From positions 36,496,391 through 36,515,677 of the forward strand of contig JBOZIK010000001.1 in the NCBI GenBank assembly GCA_051453625.1: a stretch of DNA of 19,287 nucleotides, given 5' to 3'. The DNA comes from Welwitschia mirabilis. Taxonomy: Eukaryota. Positions 11,636-19,287 of this stretch are shown one piece after another (positions within the stretch are counted from its first letter, which is position 1; each line of letters opens with the position of its first letter). Below the pieces are notes generated by a model, which was not told where the DNA came from, did not search any database, and saw only the letters and a program-made list of their open reading frames with translations. Made by a program: the position numbers and the translations under genes.

Positions 11636-12517
11636 TGCCATCAAACCATCTAAATCACCTATTATCACATAACATTAGAACTAATCCACCATTTATAAGA
11701 AATAAAAAATCTCGTAAACACAAAGATTACTAGGTATAATTAGGTTCAATGGAGCATTAGATTCTATGCAAAAAATATTTATGTCAGAAGGCATTCATTA
11801 GATTTATAAAGGTCTGAATGATGATGACGAACATGCTATGGGTGGTACCCAAGTATATGGAGCTCTCCCTTTTAAGTTCTTATTTCCAAGAAGGGCACAG
11901 TTTGGAAGAAATAGAAGCAAAAATCAATGAAAGAAAGAAAGAGAGAAGAACTCCATCAGAGAGGAATGAAGTGGAGATGCTTAATTAAAAAGGAAAAACA
12001 TAGTAATCAAAGACTATAAAAGGATCAATGTTAAACACAGTGTCGGGGGCCAACAAAGTTGGCAAACAGGAGGGAAGACAAATAGCAGTAGTAGTAAAAG
12101 CATTCTGTGCTTCCTAAAGGCATAATTAAAATTTCACTATCTCTAACACCCCAACTTTAATTACCCTAATTAACCATAATATTTTTTTAATATAGTTATT
12201 AACTATCATGCACAATGGAACCTAGGATCAATCCTATTTAGACTCTGTTAATACATTATAAGATTTAAAATAATTAGAAAATATAATTATTACTTAACCA
12301 TAGACCCTCTTGGTTTGCATACAATAACGATGTCAAATTTGTGTTCTATATTTATTTNNNNNNNNNNNNNNNNNNNNNNNNNNNNNNNNNNNNNNNNNNN
12401 NNNNNNNNNNNNNNNNNNNNNNNNNNNNNNNNNNNNNNNNNNNNNNNNNNNNNNNNNTTACATAGTTTAGAAACTCTATTAATTAAAGCTTGCAAAATGT
12501 GGGTTATAACACTATCA

Positions 12518-12791
12518 CAAATTCAATATGACCTCTATTGCTTCAACTGTTCTCAAGTAGAGAGCAACATCGCCAACCTAGTACAGGAGCTCATCTTAAA
12601 TGATTCCCATGTTACTCTAGCACTTCTGTGTCTTGCTTTTCATGATTACTTTGTTGAGGGTTGTGACATGTCTAGGATCCTATAAAACATGTCTGATTTA
12701 CAGTCAGAGAGACATTATTATGCTTAGTGTGAGAGATGTCGTCAAAATGATGGAAGATTTGTATTATCCACTGGACGTATGAAGAAGAGAC
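12518..12791 (+). pseudogene. Class III (secretory plant) peroxidase pseudogene fragment, intron-less and internally deleted
   Basis: QIQYDLYCFNCSQVESNIANLVQELILNDSHVTLALLCLAFHDYFVEGCDMSRIL*...SER matches QLxxxFYxxxCPxxExIV...DPxxxAALLRLxFHDCFVxGCDASILL...SE; after a frameshift, DIIMLSVRDVVKMMEDLYYPLDV*RRD matches DIIxLAARDxVxxxGGPxYxVxxGRRD. Confidence 0.9.
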
Positions 12792-13849
12792 CACTTTTGA
12801 TTTTGTGATCTTCAATAGCTAGAAATTTGATCTTGATGAAGCATTAGCTTATCAAAATATTTGCTTGAAGATGCACCAATGCACACTTAAAGCGGCTGAA
12901 ATCAAAGGTTTCATGGCCTGTGAGATCAGAAGAATGCTACCATTACTAGATGTCTAGATCTGCTTTTCTTTCCATTTTTAAACAAATTCACAAAGTTAAC
13001 ATTATGATGGCAAGCTTCGTAACCATATCCAGAGGGCCAAGGGACAAAATGAATATAGGAAGCAGGCATTTTCCATGGAAAAAGATTCTACGATAGAGAA
13101 GGGAAGACAAGGTTGGCTGAATCAAGGGAGATAGTAAAATTGAATCACGATAAAGCACAAAATAGAGGGAGGGATCAAAAAAGAAGCAATTCAAAGGTAA
13201 GGGATAACACAAGAAAAGATAAGAGAAGAATGACAAAGATGTAGAGGGATGAATCGACCAATGACATTTCAGACAGAAGTACATCACCATAAATTAGAAA
13301 CGTGGCATCAAGAAGGTAACAAGTGCTCCATGAAACAAATATGGCAAGCTAAGACACAACCAAATGAAAAGCTCTGATGCAAAATTAAAAAGAGTCAACA
13401 TCAACCATCAACCCCAGGAAATCATCGTTAAAAATCATGTTGTCCTTTGCTTTTACATCATCTAACTAGTTACGATATTAACATCTGCTTTTGAGACAAA
13501 GAAAATTTCATTGCAATCACACCACTTGACTATCCTATTAAAATCGTAACAACTTTAAAAGTCAATTATCCATTTGTAATCACTAAAAATGTTCCATCTT
13601 TTCTTGTTTACTTACAATGCTCACAATACGACAAAGTCTAAAAATGCTTTTTCACAAATTATTATAAGTCAAAATCACCTTCTTCTTAACTTATTTGCAC
13701 TAGAACCTTTGTTAATTCATGAAATAACGCCTTTGAGATACATAAATGCGATATAATTAATCTTGGGAAAAGAAATTAAACAAACATTACCGAAATTCAA
13801 ACATTTGTAAATATGAGGTAAAATAAAAGTCTAGCCACATGGAGTTTAG

Positions 13850-14376
13850 TCGAGGATGAGAGGGTTTGGAAGGGCGGTGATTCCTGGGATATTGCTGTAG
13901 CAGATCTCAATCGCAAGTTTCTTCAGTATTTCCCTTACCTTCTGCAACTTGGAATACACAAATCCATTCGAACTTCGACACGGTGACTGTTTCTTTGAAC
14001 ACTGAGATCTTGGATTATCCGTCGCAGGGGACAATGGAGCACGTACTATAAATCTGTTCAAGATCCACAAGCTGGAATGCCGGGTGTTTCCAGGTTTTTC
14101 TTTCCCCTGGTAAGGCGTCAGCCTGGTTCGTTTCTCACTAATTGTCTAGTTTATCTTTAAAGCGTTCTCTTAGGTCTTAGAATTGGTTACCTTTTTACTA
14201 GGGTTTTGTTAGAGCGGTTGTACTCGGCTTTCGCTTTTGCACATACTTACTTGAATTCTTGAAAATCATTGGTTCAAGAACACAGAAGCATGCATTGATT
14301 GATATTCCGTTTGTATAAAAGCTTTTTCTGAGAGCCAGAAACATTTTGGTTGAGCGAAGAAGAAACTTTGAAAACA
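13850..14376. promoter_or_regulatory. Putative promoter / 5' leader of the TMEM161 gene with a probable 5'-UTR intron
   Basis: Local rise in GC/CpG; TATAAAT at 14047-14053; donor-like CTG|GTAAGG at 14109/14110 followed by T-rich sequence; telo-box TAGGGTTT at 14199-14206. Confidence 0.5.
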
Positions 14377-16113
14377 ATGATTTTGTATGCGAGATTGGCA
14401 ATTTATGCCCTAGTTTCTATTTGCGCAAGCTTCTTGTTAACGACTTTTAGGGTTTCAATATGGATTTTGGATGGTCTGCATACATATATTCATCCTGAAA
14501 GCATAGAAAATCGAGATCAAGGAGGCCCAAGAGCGCTTATCAAGAGGCCTGGGATGTACAATGGATCCGCTGATGGTGATGAAGATCTTTCACAAGCCAA
14601 AGGCAAGGCAAAGGGCAATAAATCGAAAAAGGACAAAGGCATTGATTCTCACTTTAATGATGCCAATGCCCAAATATTTCGACTTCGACTGGGAGATTCT
14701 CATATACAGACACGAGAATATTTTAAGGAATACGATGAAGCTCTTATTTATGCTGCTTTAGCGTTGTCAAATCTCCTTGTTTATAAACTTCTTCCAGAAT
14801 GCTCAACCAAAGAAGCCAAAGCTATTACCATGTTTTTCAGCGGGGATCTTGTTCCCTTTTTTGTAGGTTTCTATGCAGTTTACAAATTAGCTCGAATTCT
14901 TTTCAGGATATCGTTGGAAAGATCGGCATCCAGGAATTCTGAGAAACTTTTGAGTGTTCTCGTAGGTGTTGTAGGGTTTGTTGCATCTCTTCTAGTGCTT
15001 TATGTGTTTACGCCTTCTTCAGTGGACCTAAGAATAGGCATTGAAAAGAGGCAACACTATCAGAAGGATGGACAGAACTCACCTCTGTTGGGGTATATGA
15101 AATTTTTCTTGGCAATGTTTTCAGGTTGGCTTGCGGCTCTCCTTTTTATTCCCGCTCATAAAAGTGTTAGGTCGTTTTGGCTGGGCACTGATCAGCTTAT
15201 GTGGAATTTGTCTGTTCTTGGTTCTGGAAAGATTGTTCGGACTTTGATGTATTTAAATGTTGTGATGCCTGTCTTTACGTCATTGCTCTGGATAAAGCCT
15301 ATGGCTAATACATTCATCTTACAGTCCTGGGAACATCAAAAGTCACATAACGTGATACGTGGTAGTACCCTCTTCCAATCTGATATGAACGGTAAAGATG
15401 GAGAAAACAATGAATGTTTTCATTATAAGCGGGACATTGATTATAACTCTGAGCTTCAGCCTGATGTTTCAGAATGCTTATCTTCAAATTCAGGACTCAG
15501 ATTCACTGAGTCGTGTGTGGGTAAAGAGGAAAGACTTGCCCAAGACTCATGCAGTGACGGTCAATATCCGGTTTCAAGTTCAGTTTCTGATAGAACTAAT
15601 GACAGAGATGGAAGAATAAAATGCTACTCCTGGGGAAGTTTTGACATATCTTGTCAAGAAAACTGGAGTCAAAACATTGGCATGCATTATGAGGATTTTA
15701 AGCGATTTAGAGTTTGGTGTCTTTTGTTTACAGCGGTGTTGCAGTTATTGCTGATGCGAACAAATCTTCAGATGTATTTAAATGAAGCTGTCTTAAGCTG
15801 GTACCAGAGGCTGCACAGCAGCAAAGTGCCTAATCTTGATTTTAGTAGAGCCAAGCTTTTTCTGCACAATCATTTTATTTGTCTCGTTGTACTGCAGTTC
15901 TTCATCCCAGGTGCCTTGACACTATTACTTTTAGGTTTGTCTCAGATGAAAGATAGCAGTTTTTCCGGTATGTCTGTTTTAGGAAGTATATCTTCTTCAT
16001 CAAGAATCATTGAGGAAACATCTGTTTACTTAGCTTGGTGGATACAACTTGTCTGGGCAATCCTAACTTGTTCCATCCTTGCCCTATACCGTCCTGGGCT
16101 TCAGATACTTTAG
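14377..16113 (+). CDS. TMEM161: Plant TMEM161A/B-family multi-pass membrane protein (similar to Arabidopsis AT5G52180), 578 aa, uninterrupted ORF
   Basis: ATG in strong plant context AAAACAATG (the ORF track's TTG start at 14350 is unlikely); recalled conserved motifs GLHTYIHPE, NAQIFR, ERSAS..SEK, RSFWLGTDQ, FTSLLWIKP, NLQMYLNEAVLSWYQRLH.SK.P.LDFSRAK.FLHNH; several hydrophobic segments. Confidence 0.92.
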   Translation: MILYARLAIYALVSICASFLLTTFRVSIWILDGLHTYIHPESIENRDQGGPRALIKRPGMYNGSADGDEDLSQAKGKAKGNKSKKDKGIDSHFNDANAQIFRLRLGDSHIQTREYFKEYDEALIYAALALSNLLVYKLLPECSTKEAKAITMFFSGDLVPFFVGFYAVYKLARILFRISLERSASRNSEKLLSVLVGVVGFVASLLVLYVFTPSSVDLRIGIEKRQHYQKDGQNSPLLGYMKFFLAMFSGWLAALLFIPAHKSVRSFWLGTDQLMWNLSVLGSGKIVRTLMYLNVVMPVFTSLLWIKPMANTFILQSWEHQKSHNVIRGSTLFQSDMNGKDGENNECFHYKRDIDYNSELQPDVSECLSSNSGLRFTESCVGKEERLAQDSCSDGQYPVSSSVSDRTNDRDGRIKCYSWGSFDISCQENWSQNIGMHYEDFKRFRVWCLLFTAVLQLLLMRTNLQMYLNEAVLSWYQRLHSSKVPNLDFSRAKLFLHNHFICLVVLQFFIPGALTLLLLGLSQMKDSSFSGMSVLGSISSSSRIIEETSVYLAWWIQLVWAILTCSILALYRPGLQIL

Positions 16114-16266
16114 ACTTATAGCCATCTTCTATCTTTATTGTTGTTACTCCCTTTGATGTCACTGGGAATATAGATATTCCAGCAAGTTGGGATTTTGCAA
16201 ATTGCAACCCTCGTTTGCCATTGCTTTTTTTTTTTTTTTAATTTTCTTTTCTTCCTTTCTCTTTTT

Positions 16267-16297
<31 letters not shown>

Positions 16298-16300
16298 AGA

Positions 16301-16346
<46 letters not shown>
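16267..16346 (+). repeat. Compound microsatellite (GT)n(GA)n downstream of the TMEM161 stop, preceded by a T15 run at 16225-16239
   Basis: Directly visible: GT tract 16267-16296 (two GC interruptions), GA tract 16297-16346 (one GT interruption). Confidence 0.97.
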
Positions 16347-16349
<3 letters not shown>

Positions 16350-17072
16350 TGTCTCAATGACTGTCCCTACAGCTTCGTCCATTGTTCATCCTTGACCTTT
16401 AAAATTATTCTTCATCCAGAAATGGATGGTGTTAATTGTCTTCTTTATAGTCTGCTTCACCACCCGATATTCCAAATATAATAAACAAGTTAAAAAAGCC
16501 AGTATTTTGATGTTGCCTGAAGAAGGACTTAGCTGATTGATTTCTTGAAGTCGTCTGTGAACATGCATGCAGTAGTACTTGATAATATTATCGTTTAACT
16601 GAATAACTGAATAAGATAAGGATGGAGCTAGAAACAAAAACTGGATTCTTTGTGGCTCACTAGTTTGCATTTATAGTTGTCACTGTACCTTGACATGTAA
16701 CAAATGGAAATCAGTGCATCCACATCTCAATCTTGTTTCTTCTAAGTTCTCAAACTAACTGCATGTTGAGTTTCAGATATTGTGGGCTGTGTTCAAACTT
16801 GCAACTTTCTCATGGTGTAGTTTATTTAGAAATCCACAAGAAGCAAAATTACTATTACAGTTGTATCGACCAATTATTGATTCTCATCTGCATGCTAATG
16901 CAAGCAAATGAGATGGACAAGAAAACAGAAAACAAAAAACAAAATGTAATATTGTAATGTAAGGCTTTATGTAGGAGAGATTTCATTGTGAGGGAAACGT
17001 ATTAGAAAGTGGTACATGATAACATGTTAGAGTTTCGTTGTTGAATTGCTCTGGTAGTGTTTGGACTCTAAT

Positions 17073-17150
17073 GACAGTGATAGAATTGTTAATTTGTTGA
17101 TTTTAATTAAGGACGGTGATAGAATTGTTAATTTGTTGATTCTAATTAAG
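17073..17150 (+). repeat. 39-bp tandem duplication (2 copies)
   Basis: GACAGTGATAGAATTGTTAATTTGTTGATTTTAATTAAG / GACGGTGATAGAATTGTTAATTTGTTGATTCTAATTAAG, 2 mismatches. Confidence 0.95.
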
Positions 17151-19044
17151 TCCAGCTATTCCACTACTTATAAAATACACAATCAGGTATCCCTTCAGAA
17201 GTTGTAGTCTATTTTGACTTCCTGGATCCTTTTGTGCCATTCTACTAACTTCTTTTGCTAATTAAGGACAGAGCTTGAAATGTTGGATAAAGTGGATCAT
17301 CCTTCCTCAATTGTAATCTGAGTGAATTCAGTTGCACTGATTAGTTTAGAATTATAAGTTGTAATTAGTTAATTTGAATTCCCAAGCAACTTTCAGCTAC
17401 TTTTCTAATTAACATTGCAGAATAGGGTTAAATCATTTGGTGTATTATGTGGTTGGCTCCTCCTTTCTATGGACCTAATTGATTGAGCAACTTGGAGGAC
17501 TTCTTTCAGATCAACTCAGATTGGACTTTATTTGGTGCATTATGCGTTACATTAGTTCTCTGTCTGTATAATGTGATAATCTATAATGTATAATGATGTG
17601 GGCGGAAGTCTAATGATGCTTGTGTCATGGCATTTCTATTGCTATTGAGTTCTATAGTGCTTTTATGTTTGAGAGTTAATTCATTAGCTTTTAGAGTTTT
17701 GGATTTGATGATGAATGGATTACTTCTTGAAGTCCATTATTTAGCATTTGACCTAAGAATTGTGCAATTACACTTAAGGTGAAGCGATATAGTTTTTGAT
17801 GGATTCAACCTTTTGAGCACTTTCATGGAGAATCTCTAGATATTAATTGTAATCATTTTAGCAAGTTTGTTTTTAGAGAATATAACTTATTTATTTATTT
17901 GTTAGACACATCAAGCACTATATATACTAAATGACGCTTGATTTATTAAAAACGGGTCTCCTAGACTTAACCAATCGCCATCTGAGTACAGTACAGTTAG
18001 TATTTGAGTTCTTCAGTACACCAGGATGACATTTTGGAAATAAAGGTCAATAAAAAACATAAAAAATAAAGAAGAAAGAAGTAGCCCTTTACAAACTAGT
18101 ACAGATTTGTGTACTTTAAACAGTCCTTTAGATGACGATTCCAGTGCTACAACAACAAATTTGAGGCTTTGCATGAAAAAACCATTTGCATAATCACTTC
18201 TATGAATCAGCTAATTGTATTATTTTTATAGATTAAACTATTAAAAAACAATTTGAGCTTTGGAAGATGAGATGCTTTAAGCTGTTTCATGATGTCAATG
18301 CAAGAACTCAGGTAGGAGATACCATTTTGAAATCTTTCTCTATAGCTTGACTTCAATTAATGGCAAAGAATCAGAAATTGGTTTTGCAAGCTTGATGTTT
18401 GAATCTTTTGATAAATGCTTGGATGGCATTTAGATTTTAAAATTGATTACTTTTGTTTTGTATTATTTTGTCTCTGGGTTTTTTTAAGCTTTAGATGGCT
18501 CGTTTTCTTCAGTCTTATGTCTTGTGGTTGTCTTTATTGTATGTCAAATGATCATGTTGGTAAGATAAGGTTCTCAAAGGTTTCTCCTCAACTTTCTCTA
18601 TGGCCTATTGTACACATAATCTGTTGCTTTAATGAGATATCCAATTTTCAAAACAATTTGAGTATGATTATATTTTAACTAAAAGTTAGAATTAAACTAA
18701 AATGTAAGAATTATGATTTTTGAAAATTCTAGGAGTCTAGTATCTATATGTTTTCAGGACTTACAATATTTATTAAACCCACAAATCTAGTGAAATATGT
18801 ATTGTTACCCCAAAACAACAATTCTTGAATTTGTTGTTTTGTTTAGTCATTCAAACATTTTTATTTTGTTAGCTTTTCTTAAATGTTTGTATTCTTGTAA
18901 ATTATTTTGTGTGAGATTTTTTTTTTTTTTGTGAAAAATGTTAAACATCAACGAGATGTCACCTTGTGGAATGTCCTACCCACGAGTCTGGGCATAGCTA
19001 CGCGTCTAACGCAAACACCAACAAGGTTGGGTTGAGTAAGGTAG

Positions 19045-19152
19045 CGAACTGGCTCAATTATGTTAGTTCCCATGGGAAAGGCCCTGTTAGGCTGTGTGGT
19101 GGATGCGTTGGGAGTACGTGTAGATGGTAACAGGGCTTTAAGCGAGCACCAA
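19045..19152 (+). pseudogene. atp1: Mitochondrial ATP synthase alpha subunit fragment (NUMT)
   Basis: RTGSIMLVPMGKALLGCVVDALGVRVDGNRALSEHQ versus plant mitochondrial Atp1 [36 protein letters not shown]; preceded by TAG where AAG (K) is expected; sits in a GC-richer block. Confidence 0.88.
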
Positions 19153-19287
19153 CAGTACAATGATTTAGAAGGTGGATTTCCAAGCACGGTAGTAATTGCA
19201 TTAGTATTCAAATTTCCATACATCAGCATCTAATTTGGTAAGCCCGGATTCCCAGTTTCATGTAGTCATAGGTTCAAGGCTAGCATA

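Larger units (their letters stand above)
650..11720 (+). mobile_element. Degenerate Ty3/gypsy LTR retrotransposon (non-chromovirus Tat/Ogre/Retand-like), gag + protease only
   Basis: Long direct repeats 650-3262 and 9799-11720; flanking TAAAG (645-649) / CAAAG (11721-11725) as TSD; PBS at 3266; PPT AAAAGGGGG at 9786-9794; gag and protease motifs on + strand with many stops. Confidence 0.92.
9799..11720 (+). repeat. 3' LTR
   Basis: Starts TATGTGATC 4 nt after the PPT G-run, ends CGTAAACA, followed by TSD copy CAAAG; homology to the 5' LTR stops here. Confidence 0.87.

Noticed and set aside
14198..16957. Short ORFs overlapping or following TMEM161 (14198-14401, 14561-14761, 15398-15619, 16007-16207, 16116-16382, 16386-16670, 16733-16957)
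   Set aside because: Shadow frames of the real CDS, microsatellite translation (SLSLSL/HTHT), or chance ORFs with no homology signal.
18948..19229. 93-aa minus-strand ORF
   Set aside because: Antisense to the atp1 fragment; no recognisable family.
19230..19260. AAGCCCGG resembling part of the twister ribozyme core
   Set aside because: The partner CCGGTxxC segment and other conserved twister elements are absent.

Overview
AT-rich eukaryotic plant nuclear DNA from a draft assembly with three N gaps (2087-2315, 3727-4479, 12358-12457). Bases 650-11720 are one old, decayed Ty3/gypsy LTR retrotransposon of the non-chromovirus Tat/Ogre/Retand type. It has two diverged LTRs, a near-perfect 5-bp TSD, a tRNA-Asn-type PBS, a PPT, and gag and aspartic protease remnants, but no recognisable RT, RNase H or integrase. 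Its LTR looks composite: the 3' copy contains an internal LTR-end plus intact PBS. Downstream are an intron-less, internally deleted class III peroxidase pseudogene (12518-12791), a GC-richer promoter/leader region that may be bidirectional, and one intact uninterrupted ORF for a plant TMEM161-family membrane protein (14377-16113) with a long loop insertion. A (GT)n(GA)n microsatellite, a 39-bp tandem duplication and a short mitochondrial atp1 fragment (NUMT) lie towards the right end. I see no convincing new multi-gene system; the most unusual signals are in the retroelement architecture. All family assignments come from motif recall, not database searches.
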